Shown piece after piece: positions 20,991 through 30,501 of a DNA stretch of 64,000 nucleotides. Each line of letters opens with the position of its first letter. The first letter of the stretch is position 1. The stretch lies in contig JACOXM010000001.1 in the NCBI GenBank assembly GCA_016176285.1, positions 5,812-69,811 of the forward strand, in the 5' to 3' direction. This stretch comes from Candidatus Giovannonibacteria bacterium (GTDB taxonomy: Bacteria; Patescibacteriota; Minisyncoccia; JACPKW01; UBA11713). The notes beneath the pieces were generated by a model that saw only the letters and a program-made list of their open reading frames with translations, did no database searches and was not told the origin of the DNA. The position numbers and the translations under genes were made by a program.

Positions 20991-23056
20991 AGTTTTCGTA
21001 TAACTGGCTGAACGAATACGTATCGCTTCCAAGGCCGAATAAAGTGGCTGAAATTTTGACGATGCATTCTTTCGAGGTCGAAGGTTTTGAAAAAGCGGGC
21101 AAGGACACGATTTTTTCGATCGATATTTTGCCGAACCGCATTCCCGACGCTTCGGGGCATCGGGGGGTTGCGCGGGAGCTTTCTTTGCTTCTGAAAAAGC
21201 CGATAAAAATTCCTAAATTTACCATAAAAGAATCTGGCGATGTAAAAAAGGAAATTTCGGTTGAGATTAGAGTAAAAAAAGAATGTCCTCGCTACACTGC
21301 CAGGTTTATGAAGAATGTGAAAGTTGGGCCCTCGCCCAAGGTTATTTTGGAGCGCCTGGGCGCATGCGGAATAAATTCAATTAATAATGTAGTCGATGCG
21401 GCGAATTATGTGATGCTCGACACCGGCCAGCCTCACCATGCTTTCGATGCAGATTTAGTGAAGGGAAAAATTATTGTTCGTATGGCAAAAAAAGGGGAGA
21501 AGATGGTAACGCTGGATAATGTTTCTCTTAAGCTCGACGATAGCGATTTGATAATAGCGGATGAGTCAGGTCCGCTGGGACTTGCTGGAATCAAGGGAGG
21601 AAAGAGGGCGGCCGTTACGGAAAAAACAAAAAATATTATCTTGGAATCTGCGAATTTCGATCCGGAATTTATTCAAAAGACTTCAAAAAAATATAATTTA
21701 TTGACCGATGCCGCAGTCAGGTTTCGCGCCGGTCTCGATAGGTCCATTTTGCCCCAATCTTTGGATGAATTCGCTTCGATTGTTCAGGAAATTGCCGGCG
21801 GGGAAGTGATGCGCGGTTTTATCGACACAAATCCAAAAAAAATAAAACGGGTCCTGTATTTTCGCCCGGATAAAGCCCGGAACGTCTTGGGCGAAAATAT
21901 CTCAAACGCAGAGATGAAAAATATTATGGAGGGATTGGGATTGATCATTCGCGGCAACAAATCAAATAAATGGCAGGTCGAAATTCCCGGAGTTAGGACA
22001 GATTTGACGCTTGAAGAAAATCTTTTTGAGGAAGTCGGCCGGATTTATGGTTACGAAAATATCAAGGCAAGGCCTCCGGTAATTTCTCTCGATAAAAATG
22101 AAGTGTCTGACGAATTCGAAACATTCAAGAAAAGAATCCAGGAAAGAATTTCCAATTTCGGATATTCGGAGGTGCATGGGTATTCTTTTGTCGGAGAAAA
22201 AGAACTTGAGGCTACCGACGACAAAAAGGGAGTAATCAAACTTGAAAACCCCATCCGTCCGGAGCTGGCTTTCCTGCGCCCAAATTTGACTATTTCCGTT
22301 ATGCAGGCGCTCTCCAAAAATTTGAAGCATTTTTCGGAGGTGAGAGTTTTTGAAATAGGGCAAGTTTTTTCAAAAAATGATAAAAAAATTAAAGACAGCT
22401 CGGAATTGGAAGACGCAAGGATTGCTTTCGGCTTTTCAAATAAAATGAAATTAAGAAAAAAGGGCGATTCTCCCTTTTTTGAACTTAAGGGAGTCATATC
22501 TTCATTGTTCGAATCTTTAGGGGTCGCCGATGTTTGGTTCGATGACGTTCCGCAGGATAAAATCAATTTTAAAAAATGGAACCGCGAACTTCTGCATCCG
22601 TTCAGGGCGGCCCAGATAAAATCCGGCGATAAGCTTTTGGGAATAATCGGAGAAATCCATCCGCGGGTTATGGACATTTTCGAAATAAAGTATCCTTCTA
22701 GCGTTTCGGAGATTTCTCTCGGCGCATTGTTCGAAACTGTCAGATCCGAGCGGGAATATAAAGAAATTTCAAAATATCCCGCTGTCTTGCGCGATATCGC
22801 GGTTTTGGTCCCTTCTCAAGTAAGGGTCACTGAAGTTTCCGATGTCATTGAAAATACCGCGGGAATGCTTTTGCGTGATTCCGATTTGTTTGATATCTAC
22901 GAGGGCGATGAAATTCCGGAAAATAAAAAAAGTTTGGCATTTTCACTTTTCTTTGAATCAAATGAACGCACCCTTTCAGAAAAAGAAGTTGATGAAATAA
23001 TGCAGAAAATCACCCAAACGCTTGAATCCAACCCCGAGTGGGAAGTTAGAAAATGA
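20987..23056 (+). CDS. pheT: Phenylalanine--tRNA ligase beta subunit (short form)
   Basis: 689 aa. N-terminus MKFSYNWLNEYV. B3/B4 and B5 regions. C-terminal FDIYEG...SLAFSLFF anticodon-binding-like domain. Confidence 0.9.
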   Translation: MKFSYNWLNEYVSLPRPNKVAEILTMHSFEVEGFEKAGKDTIFSIDILPNRIPDASGHRGVARELSLLLKKPIKIPKFTIKESGDVKKEISVEIRVKKECPRYTARFMKNVKVGPSPKVILERLGACGINSINNVVDAANYVMLDTGQPHHAFDADLVKGKIIVRMAKKGEKMVTLDNVSLKLDDSDLIIADESGPLGLAGIKGGKRAAVTEKTKNIILESANFDPEFIQKTSKKYNLLTDAAVRFRAGLDRSILPQSLDEFASIVQEIAGGEVMRGFIDTNPKKIKRVLYFRPDKARNVLGENISNAEMKNIMEGLGLIIRGNKSNKWQVEIPGVRTDLTLEENLFEEVGRIYGYENIKARPPVISLDKNEVSDEFETFKKRIQERISNFGYSEVHGYSFVGEKELEATDDKKGVIKLENPIRPELAFLRPNLTISVMQALSKNLKHFSEVRVFEIGQVFSKNDKKIKDSSELEDARIAFGFSNKMKLRKKGDSPFFELKGVISSLFESLGVADVWFDDVPQDKINFKKWNRELLHPFRAAQIKSGDKLLGIIGEIHPRVMDIFEIKYPSSVSEISLGALFETVRSEREYKEISKYPAVLRDIAVLVPSQVRVTEVSDVIENTAGMLLRDSDLFDIYEGDEIPENKKSLAFSLFFESNERTLSEKEVDEIMQKITQTLESNPEWEVRK

Positions 23057-23132
23057 GTGAAATTTATATTAGGTTTAATCGGGATTTTATGATAGAATTT
23101 ATCTATAAAAGCAATCAAATTTTACGTAACTA

Positions 23133-25178
23133 ATGGCTAAAAATAACAAGAAATCGAATGCCACCCTGAATGGGGGGAATGGGGGGTCTTACACCGCCAA
23201 GGATATTTATGTCTTGGAGGGACTTGAGCCTGTCCGGAAACGCCCGGGTATGTATATTGGGTCAACCGGAGTGGATGGGCTTCATCATTTAATTTGGGAA
23301 GTCGTTGACAACTCTCTGGATGAGGCAATGGCCGGATTCGCGAAAAATATTTCCGTCTCGCTTCTTCCCGGCAATAAAGTTCGAGTTGTGGACGACGGAC
23401 GAGGGATCCCGGTGGATATTCATAAGCAGACGAAAGTATCAGCGCTTGAAACCGTAATGACGACACTCCACGCCGGAGGAAAATTCGGCGGGGATTCCTA
23501 TAAAGTTTCCGGAGGCCTTCACGGGGTAGGCGTTTCCGTTGTTAATGCGCTTTCAAAATCTTTAACCGCCCAAGTTTGCAGGGACGGAGATAAATGGGAG
23601 CAGGAATATACAAGAGGAACGCCGGAGGGCAAGGTAAAAAAAACTGGCTCTTGCAAGGGTTCCGGAACTGCCATTACCTTTGAACCGGATATTGAAATTT
23701 TCAAGGATGTAAAATTCAACTGGGATACAATATTAGAGCATTTGCGGCAACAGGCATATTTGACTGCCGGAATAAAAATACAAATAAGAGACGAGCGGGA
23801 AAAAGAGGAGTATTTGCATAAATCATACGCGTTTTGTTTTGAGTCCGGCATACGTTCATACGTAAGCTTCTTGAACCGAAGGCAGAAGGTAAAAAATGAG
23901 ACAATTTTTTATACGGCTAAAGAAGTAAACGGCATTCATACTGAAGTCGCGTTGCAGTATGTTGACGATTTGACCGCGCGGGAGCTCGCTTTCGCTAACA
24001 ATATTTATAACCAAGAAGGCGGATCGCATTTGACCGGTTTTAGGACCGCGTTAACGCGGGTGCTGAATGATTATGCCAGGAAGAACGGATACTTGAAGGA
24101 TAAAGACAGTTTAACGGGGGAGGATGTGCGCGAAGGATTAACCTCCGTTATCGCGGTAAAAATTCAAAACAGTGTTTTGCAGTTCGAGGGGCAGACAAAA
24201 TCCAAATTAGGAAATCCGGAGGCGAGGGGGGCGGTTGAAAGCGTTTTCGGCGAAGCTTTTTCTTCTTATCTTGAAGAAAATCCATCGGAAGCGAGGGCTA
24301 TTCTCGAAAAAGTTATTTTAGCGCTTGAAGCTAGGAAAGCCGCAAAAGCCGCAAAAGATACTGTTTTAAGGAAGGGAGTTTTGGACGGCCTTACTCTTCC
24401 CGGAAAACTCGCGGACTGCCAATCGCGAAAGGCGGAGGAATCGGAAATTTTTATTGTTGAAGGTGACTCCGCCGGAGGCTCCGCGAAAATGGCAAGAGAC
24501 AGAAAATTCCAGGCAATATTGCCGCTTCGCGGAAAAATTCTAAATGTGGAACGCGCGCGCCTTGATAAAATGCTTTTGTCGAAGGAAATTAAGGCCCTAA
24601 TCATTGCCTTGGGCGCGGCAATTGCGGACGAACTTGATATATCAAAACTTCGCTACCATAAAATAGTAATAATGACGGATGCCGATGTTGACGGGGCGCA
24701 CATTAGAACTCTTTTATTGACACTTTTTTACAGATATTATCTTCCGATAATCGAGCAAGGATATTTATATATTGCCCAGCCCCCGCTCTACAGAATACAA
24801 AAAGGCAAAGACATCCGTTACGCTTTTTCGGACGGCGAGAAGGAAAAAATATTAAAAGATTTCGAAAAAATTGCAAAGGAAAAATCTAAAAAAGATGAAT
24901 CTGCTGAAACTGAAACTTCGCCGGAAGGGGAGCCAGAGGGAGTAGGAATAAAAATAAAAGGAATTAATATTCAGCGATATAAGGGCTTGGGAGAGATGAA
25001 CCCTTCCCAGCTTTGGGAGACTACAATGGACCCGGCCGTCAGAATTTTAAAGCAAGTAGGAATTGCCGACGCTTCGGAGGCATCAAAAACTTTTGAAATT
25101 TTAATGGGCGACGAAGTCGCCCCAAGAAAACTTTTCATTCAAACGCACGCGAGAGCTGTGCAAAACTTGGACGTTTGA
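23133..25178 (+). CDS. gyrB: DNA gyrase subunit B (type IIA topoisomerase ATPase subunit)
   Basis: GHKL ATPase motifs (EVVDNSLDE, GLHGVGVSVVNALS). Toprim EGDSAGGSAK and PLRGKILNVE. C-terminal GLGEMNPSQLWETTMDP. Confidence 0.85.
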   Translation: MAKNNKKSNATLNGGNGGSYTAKDIYVLEGLEPVRKRPGMYIGSTGVDGLHHLIWEVVDNSLDEAMAGFAKNISVSLLPGNKVRVVDDGRGIPVDIHKQTKVSALETVMTTLHAGGKFGGDSYKVSGGLHGVGVSVVNALSKSLTAQVCRDGDKWEQEYTRGTPEGKVKKTGSCKGSGTAITFEPDIEIFKDVKFNWDTILEHLRQQAYLTAGIKIQIRDEREKEEYLHKSYAFCFESGIRSYVSFLNRRQKVKNETIFYTAKEVNGIHTEVALQYVDDLTARELAFANNIYNQEGGSHLTGFRTALTRVLNDYARKNGYLKDKDSLTGEDVREGLTSVIAVKIQNSVLQFEGQTKSKLGNPEARGAVESVFGEAFSSYLEENPSEARAILEKVILALEARKAAKAAKDTVLRKGVLDGLTLPGKLADCQSRKAEESEIFIVEGDSAGGSAKMARDRKFQAILPLRGKILNVERARLDKMLLSKEIKALIIALGAAIADELDISKLRYHKIVIMTDADVDGAHIRTLLLTLFYRYYLPIIEQGYLYIAQPPLYRIQKGKDIRYAFSDGEKEKILKDFEKIAKEKSKKDESAETETSPEGEPEGVGIKIKGINIQRYKGLGEMNPSQLWETTMDPAVRILKQVGIADASEASKTFEILMGDEVAPRKLFIQTHARAVQNLDV

Positions 25179-25292
25179 ATTTGACACACAATCTCTTCCG
25201 TTATATTTTAAAAAATAAGAAAGGAGATAGGTCTTTAAACAAGTTTTTGAATTTTTGGTACAAAAACTAACTCTAATTTTTTGGAGGACATC

Positions 25293-25592
25293 GTGAATAA
25301 AAAAAATAAAAAAGCTGTAATCGTTGACTATAGAGAAAAGCGGTTTGAGCTTTTTGTGCCGGGAGCAACTAGTGAAGGATTGCGGGAGAAGCTTAAAGAA
25401 GTCCCGATGTTTACAGGAGCAACTATAGTTCCTGGAGTGAACGAGGATAAGCCAGCGCTGTTTGTAATCGTAGGGGATTTTTGTAAACCGGCAGAAACTG
25501 TCGAGGGAGTATCCCGATGGGCTAAAACGACTTTTTTCGTTCCCAGTATTACGTTTACCGCATCTGCGCTAGCGGCGATGCGATCTCTGTAG
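25293..25592 (+). CDS. Hypothetical protein (start taken at GTG 25293 behind a GGAGGA Shine-Dalgarno)
   Basis: ttttttGGAGGAcatcGTG. ~99 aa. No family recognised. Confidence 0.35.
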   Translation: MNKKNKKAVIVDYREKRFELFVPGATSEGLREKLKEVPMFTGATIVPGVNEDKPALFVIVGDFCKPAETVEGVSRWAKTTFFVPSITFTASALAAMRSL

Positions 25593-25613
25593 ACCTTTAT
25601 TTATTTCTCTAAC

Positions 25614-25640
25614 AGGCCAGCCGTTCTTTGACTGGCCTTT
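25614..25640 (+). terminator. Hairpin terminator-like element
   Basis: aggccag(25614-25620)/ctggcct(25632-25638) perfect 7-bp stem followed by ttt. Confidence 0.45.
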
Positions 25641-25714
25641 GACATTTTTATAAGTTCAGTTATGATTAATAAATAAGCCCCTGCGGGGGTTTTAAAAAAC
25701 CTTTTTTTCATAAT

Positions 25715-25900
25715 ATGCTCGAAAAAATAACCAATTATTTTAAAGAAACGCGGCAGGAATTGAAGCATGTAAATTGGCCGTCTCGCGATAACACGGTTAG
25801 GTTTACCGTGCTTGTTATAGCGGTTTCCATTGTTATTGCGATTTTTTTGGGCCTCCTGGATTTCATTTTTCAATATTTGCTAAATACATTTATTTTGTAA
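25715..25900 (+). CDS. secE: Preprotein translocase subunit SecE
   Basis: 61 aa with a single C-terminal TM helix (VRFTVLVIAVSIVIAIFLGLLDFIF). Canonical position immediately upstream of nusG. Confidence 0.7.
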   Translation: MLEKITNYFKETRQELKHVNWPSRDNTVRFTVLVIAVSIVIAIFLGLLDFIFQYLLNTFIL

Positions 25901-25901
25901 C

Positions 25902-26447
25902 ATGGCCAAGCAGACAGGTGAATTTGGAAGAAATTGGTACGCGGTACACACTTATTCCGGCTATGAAGACGCCGTTGCCAGAAATTTGCGCCAGCGCATC
26001 GAGTCACTCGGGATGGAGGACAAAATTTTCAACGTATTAGTGCCCACCGAGAAAAAAATAAAAATTAAGGGCGGAAAAAGGAGGAGCGTTGAGGAAAAAA
26101 TTTATCCGGGATATGTTCTCGTTGAAATGATTGTAACTGATGATTCTTGGTATGTTGTAAGGAATACTCCAAGGGTTACCGGTTTTGTGGGCTCTGGAAC
26201 TACGCCGACTCCGCTTTCCCGCGAAGAGGTTGATATACTTTTCCGCAGAATGGGCGCCGAGGAGCCGAAATTCAAAGTGGATGTCTCAATAGGGGATGTG
26301 GTCAGAATAACCGACGGGCCGTTCAAGGAATTTGAAGGCAAAGTAAATGAAGTGGATGAGGAGAGGGGCAAGATCAAGGTGCTTGTTTCAATGTTCGGAA
26401 GAGAAACCCCAGTAGAGCTTGATTTCCTCCAAGTTAAAAAGCTATAA
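25902..26447 (+). CDS. nusG: Transcription termination/antitermination factor NusG
   Basis: NGN domain (WYAVHTYSGYE). C-terminal KOW (GDVVRITDGPFKEFEGKV). Confidence 0.9.
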   Translation: MAKQTGEFGRNWYAVHTYSGYEDAVARNLRQRIESLGMEDKIFNVLVPTEKKIKIKGGKRRSVEEKIYPGYVLVEMIVTDDSWYVVRNTPRVTGFVGSGTTPTPLSREEVDILFRRMGAEEPKFKVDVSIGDVVRITDGPFKEFEGKVNEVDEERGKIKVLVSMFGRETPVELDFLQVKKL

Positions 26448-26453
26448 ATTAGT

Positions 26454-26876
26454 ATGGCAAAACCGATTAAAACAATTTTGAAGCTCCAGCTCCCTGCCGG
26501 CAAAGCCACCCCCGCGCCACCGGTTGGAACGGCTCTCGGTCCGCATGGAATAAACATTGGGGAATTCGTTAAAAAATTTAACGATGCGACGGCGGACAAA
26601 GGGGATTCGATTATTCCTGCAGAAATAACCATTTTTGAAGACAGGACTTTTACTTTTGTTTTAAAAACGCCTCCCGCGTCAGATTTATTAAGAAAGGCGG
26701 CGGGAATAGAAAAAGGTTCAGATAATCCCTTAAAAAATAAAGTAGGAAAAATCAAAAAATCCCAGATACGCGAAATCGCCGAGAAAAAAATGGAAGATTT
26801 GAATGCAAACGATATTGATGCCGCGATGAAAATTATCGAAGGTTCCGCCCGTTCAATGGGCATTGAGATAGAATAA
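26454..26876 (+). CDS. rplK: 50S ribosomal protein L11
   Basis: [43 protein letters not shown], the uL11 signature. 140 aa. Confidence 0.9.
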   Translation: MAKPIKTILKLQLPAGKATPAPPVGTALGPHGINIGEFVKKFNDATADKGDSIIPAEITIFEDRTFTFVLKTPPASDLLRKAAGIEKGSDNPLKNKVGKIKKSQIREIAEKKMEDLNANDIDAAMKIIEGSARSMGIEIE

Positions 26877-26878
26877 TT

Positions 26879-27991
26879 ATGTCAAAGAAGCTCGGAGCTG
26901 TTCCATATCAGACAATTATCGGGATGATCGCAGATGGTTCCATCAAGGGCGCTCTGGAATCGAGCGTGCGCCCGGCTTCTCTTGACTTGCGGCTATCTGA
27001 CGAATTTTATCGCGTCGACGGAATTTTTTTGCCGAGACCCGGCGAGAAAGTGAGAAACATACTTCCTGAAATGGGCGCAGTGGAACACAGCCTGGATTAT
27101 CCTCTGGAAAGAGGGGTTACTTATCTTGCAAGGCTCGAAGAATCTCTTGAATTAAAAGAAGATATATATGGCTATTCAAATCCTAAATCTTCCACGGGAA
27201 GAAATGATATTCATGCCCGTGTGATTGCGGATGGTGTTTCGCGCTACGATACAACGGCTCCGGCGGGATTTTCTGGCGAGCTTTGGCTCGCAATTGAGCC
27301 TAGATCTTACCCCGTTCGTCTGAAACCCGGCGTCTCTTTAAGCCAGATCCGTTTTTTTAATCACGACACAAGGTTCAACGAAGAAGAACTCATGTTCTAT
27401 TTTGAACGCGATCAGCTTTTATGGCACAAGGGTCGCCCTCTTTCTTATAATGAAATAAATATAAAAGATGATGATGGGGCATTAATTCTTACCGCTGAAT
27501 TAGAAGACGCCCTTGTCGGATACGAATGCAGAGGGTCGGGAAAAGTGTTGGATTTTAGCCTTAAGGGCCACTATCAGCCAGAAGAATTTTTCCAACCTCT
27601 GAAATCGTCTAAAGGAACCGTTCTTTTGAAAAAAGACAGTTTTTATATCATCCGCACGAAAGAAGCCGTTAGGGTTCCCCCTCACTTTTCTTCAGAGGTT
27701 GTCCCTATGGATGAGCGTTCCGGAGAATTCCGCACTCATTATGCGGGATTTTTTGACCCCGGGTGGGGCTGGGGCGAGAATGGGGAGGGAAAGGGCAGGC
27801 GCGGAGTATTAGAAATTCGGCCTTTTTCCGACGTTCTCTTACGGGATGGCCAACCAGTGGCTAAATTCCGCTTCGAAAAAATGATGGAGGCGCCCGAGGC
27901 AAACTACGATGCGATGCCCGACTCAAACTACAATTCAAAAGAAGAGGAAAACCTGCCCAGACTTTCCAAGCATTTCAAGGTGCCAGTATGA
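26879..27991 (+). CDS. Long-form 2'-deoxycytidine 5'-triphosphate deaminase-like protein (dUTPase superfamily)
   Basis: 370 aa. ASLDLRLSDEFYR ~ ATVDVRLGNKFR of Dcd. KSSTGRNDIHARVIADGVSRYD...GFSGELWLAIEP...LKPGVSLSQIRF aligns with E. coli Dcd DGRSSLARLGL...IDPGWSGCIVLEF...LRPGMLIGALSF. Confidence 0.55.
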   Translation: MSKKLGAVPYQTIIGMIADGSIKGALESSVRPASLDLRLSDEFYRVDGIFLPRPGEKVRNILPEMGAVEHSLDYPLERGVTYLARLEESLELKEDIYGYSNPKSSTGRNDIHARVIADGVSRYDTTAPAGFSGELWLAIEPRSYPVRLKPGVSLSQIRFFNHDTRFNEEELMFYFERDQLLWHKGRPLSYNEINIKDDDGALILTAELEDALVGYECRGSGKVLDFSLKGHYQPEEFFQPLKSSKGTVLLKKDSFYIIRTKEAVRVPPHFSSEVVPMDERSGEFRTHYAGFFDPGWGWGENGEGKGRRGVLEIRPFSDVLLRDGQPVAKFRFEKMMEAPEANYDAMPDSNYNSKEEENLPRLSKHFKVPV

Positions 27992-28638
27992 ATCTAAGGC
28001 CATTCCTGATTGCTTTTGAGGGTATAGACGGCAGCGGCAAGGGAACGCAGGCTATGAAACTTAGGGAATGGCTGGAAGTACAAACAAAAAAATCCGTTGG
28101 GGGATGGACTGAACCGAATGACGAATCAAGCCTTATCGCGAAAACAATTCGCGCGGTTTTGGCGAAAGAAATAAAAATAGCCGATCCTTTTGAATTCCAG
28201 AGGATGTATGTCATAGATCGCGCGCAAAATATTTTTTCGCATTTAGTTCAAAATAAAGATAATCATGAATATAAAGTGACGGAGAGGTTTGCATTGTCCA
28301 CGATTGCTTACGGAATGCTCACTGGACGCCCCGCCGAAGATTTTATAAATTTACACAGGGAAGTCCTTGGCCCATCCATGGTTTGGCCGGACCTTACAAT
28401 TTTAATTGACGTGCAGGCCGATACGGCAATTTCCAGAATTAATTCAAGAAGAGATATGGAAGGAAGGGCTAAAGAATCTTTTGAGAAGAAAAATTTTCTG
28501 GAAAAAGTAAGGGAAAATTACTTAAGCCTCGCAAAAAGAAACGATATCGGTAAAATCACGGTTGTGAACGGCGAGAGGCCGCAGGAAGAGGTTTTCGAAG
28601 ACGTTAAAAAAGCAGTTTCCAAGCATTTTGGATTTTAA
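27988..28638 (+). CDS. tmk: Thymidylate kinase
   Basis: P-loop FEGIDGSGKGTQ. DRY-like motif (YVIDRAQ). Lid region. 216 aa. Confidence 0.85.
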   Translation: MNLRPFLIAFEGIDGSGKGTQAMKLREWLEVQTKKSVGGWTEPNDESSLIAKTIRAVLAKEIKIADPFEFQRMYVIDRAQNIFSHLVQNKDNHEYKVTERFALSTIAYGMLTGRPAEDFINLHREVLGPSMVWPDLTILIDVQADTAISRINSRRDMEGRAKESFEKKNFLEKVRENYLSLAKRNDIGKITVVNGERPQEEVFEDVKKAVSKHFGF

Positions 28639-28666
28639 TTTTTTTGTTTGCTAGGATATTAGCCAT

Positions 28667-30379
28667 ATGGCGTTTCCACCGGGCGCAATAGAGTTTGCAA
28701 GGGATTTCGTAAATAAGCCGATTTACGCTTATACGGACCTCGAAAAAAGAATGCTCAAAAGCTTTTTTACGAATTTCGAGAGGCGCGTTTTTTTCATGCA
28801 TTCCCTCCCTTCGAATGTTTCAGCGACGCTTTTCGCGATGTATTCGAGGATGAAAAATCAAAGGGGTATTAGGGGGGTATTTGTGGATTCATTTATTCCG
28901 GAATTTCTGGCCTGTTCCCTCCAGGAGTTTATTGATAAAGAAAGCGAATTCGGGCAGGAATCTACGAAATTTTTACGATCGAGAGATATAAAAAATTTAA
29001 ACGATTTTTACGCATATTCGGACGAGTCGAGGAGATCGGTGGAGGAATTTTTAGGATCAATTCAAATTGATCCGGACTATCTTCAAAGGCTTGCGGAATC
29101 AAACCGCACGAAAAGATTTCTCGGAATGTGGCTTGATAAATACGGACATAATTCCATCGCTAGAACGAGTTCTTTTTATCTAGGCTTCGAGCAAATTTCT
29201 CTTCTTGCCGCGAAATCCATAGAGTGGACCAGGCCCGGCGCCGGGTATATCGAGCTTTCCACCAGGTATGTTGATATGGGCGGAAAGGATTGCTTCCCGA
29301 TCGCGGAGTTACTCGGGATTTATGGAAAAAGCGCGGTTTCGGTCATCGGTCTCCTCGAGAAATCCTTTGATTATTATAGGGAACTTCAGGGCGATAAATT
29401 TTCGGGCCCGTTTCCGCAATTTTTACGCGAAAATTATTCAAAATTTATTACAAATGAAAAAGACCTTGAAAACGGAGTAGTAGGGGAGACTTGCGATGTG
29501 CTTGGAAATTTTCTTCCTTGCGCAACACTTACCTCAGTGGGCGTTCATATATCCGGAGAATCCCTTCCGGAATTAATGAAGCATTTGATAGTGGACAACA
29601 CTCCCGAAAACGAAGCCCTCGCAGAGGCCGTAATGGCGGAATCGGAAAAAGTCGGCGCGAATCAATTTATCCGCCATTTCGAGCCTACTCCATGGAAAAC
29701 AATGTCATGGGAATATCTCGATACGAAAGCTTTTCTTAACCACGAAGACCCCATTGTTGTCGAAAGCGGAAGCCTCTCGAGGGAGGCGGCAGAGAAAATT
29801 TTGGTGCGCGCTTTCCAGAAACTCAAGTCGGGAGAAAAAATAAAAAATATTGACGACTTAATTTCGAAGTTTAAAGACGTTCCCCGCGGAGAATACGATA
29901 GATTGTCGAATCAGTTTGAAAGGATTAACGCGACCCTTTCCGGCGTTATGAGTTTTCGGGGGTGGCGCGATCTTCACAGGCAGGGATTTTCCACGCATTT
30001 GCGAACTTTCGTAACGCCTGATATAGGATTTTATAAATATGACAAAAAAGCTCCGGAGAGTTTCTTTAAAGCTTCGGAATATATTCACAATGAAAATAAA
30101 AAAGTTTACAGGGAGCTGGATACACTCCCTCGCGAAATCCTGCAGTACCCAATGGCGATTGGAAACCTTATCGGTTTTGAAATTTCCTCAAACCTGCTTC
30201 AATGGGAATTTTGTAATTGGCAGAGGACGAAGTTTTCCGTGAACCACGAAGTCCGGCAGGTTTTCCTTTCAATGGAAAACCTTTTGCGAAAGAATTATCC
30301 GTGGTGGAAGGATATTTCTCGCGCCGATATTACCCCCGCGTATATTTTCGCAAGAACGGAAAAAGGAATTCCCCTCTAA
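28667..30379 (+). CDS. thyX: Tandem-domain ThyX-like protein (flavin-dependent thymidylate synthase, Thy1 family) with divergent RHR motifs
   Basis: 570 aa with two Thy1-like halves. Half 1: HNSIARTSSFYLGFEQIS...IEWTRPGAGYIELSTRYV vs ThyX HETPFEHIVFTF...WFRHRIASYNELSGRYS. Half 2: WRDLHRQGFSTHLRTF. The canonical RHR triad is replaced by WTR in half 1 and LHR in half 2. Confidence 0.45.
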   Translation: MAFPPGAIEFARDFVNKPIYAYTDLEKRMLKSFFTNFERRVFFMHSLPSNVSATLFAMYSRMKNQRGIRGVFVDSFIPEFLACSLQEFIDKESEFGQESTKFLRSRDIKNLNDFYAYSDESRRSVEEFLGSIQIDPDYLQRLAESNRTKRFLGMWLDKYGHNSIARTSSFYLGFEQISLLAAKSIEWTRPGAGYIELSTRYVDMGGKDCFPIAELLGIYGKSAVSVIGLLEKSFDYYRELQGDKFSGPFPQFLRENYSKFITNEKDLENGVVGETCDVLGNFLPCATLTSVGVHISGESLPELMKHLIVDNTPENEALAEAVMAESEKVGANQFIRHFEPTPWKTMSWEYLDTKAFLNHEDPIVVESGSLSREAAEKILVRAFQKLKSGEKIKNIDDLISKFKDVPRGEYDRLSNQFERINATLSGVMSFRGWRDLHRQGFSTHLRTFVTPDIGFYKYDKKAPESFFKASEYIHNENKKVYRELDTLPREILQYPMAIGNLIGFEISSNLLQWEFCNWQRTKFSVNHEVRQVFLSMENLLRKNYPWWKDISRADITPAYIFARTEKGIPL

Positions 30380-30464
30380 AATTAATTTTCTATCAGAGGT
30401 ATGAAGTATACAGACGATCGTCGCCAAACTACACTCCGCTCTAATTTTTATCAAATAAATTTAA

Positions 30465-30496
30465 AAAGGCTTGCCCGATAGATCTGGGAAAGCCTT
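30465..30496. terminator. Bidirectional hairpin between convergent genes
   Basis: aaaggctt(30465-30472)/aagccttt(30489-30496) 8-bp stem with a 16-nt loop. Confidence 0.45.
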
Positions 30497-30501
30497 TGAA
30501 C

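Noticed and set aside
25601-25873. 90 aa minus-strand ORF antisense to secE
   Set aside because: It overlaps secE in its conserved operon position. There is no recognisable domain, and the basic low-complexity N-terminus comes from the A-rich antisense sequence.
26102-26863. 253 aa minus-strand ORF antisense to nusG and rplK
   Set aside because: It overlaps two highly conserved genes on the other strand. The low-complexity Ser/Ile/Phe-rich translation is typical of an antisense artefact.
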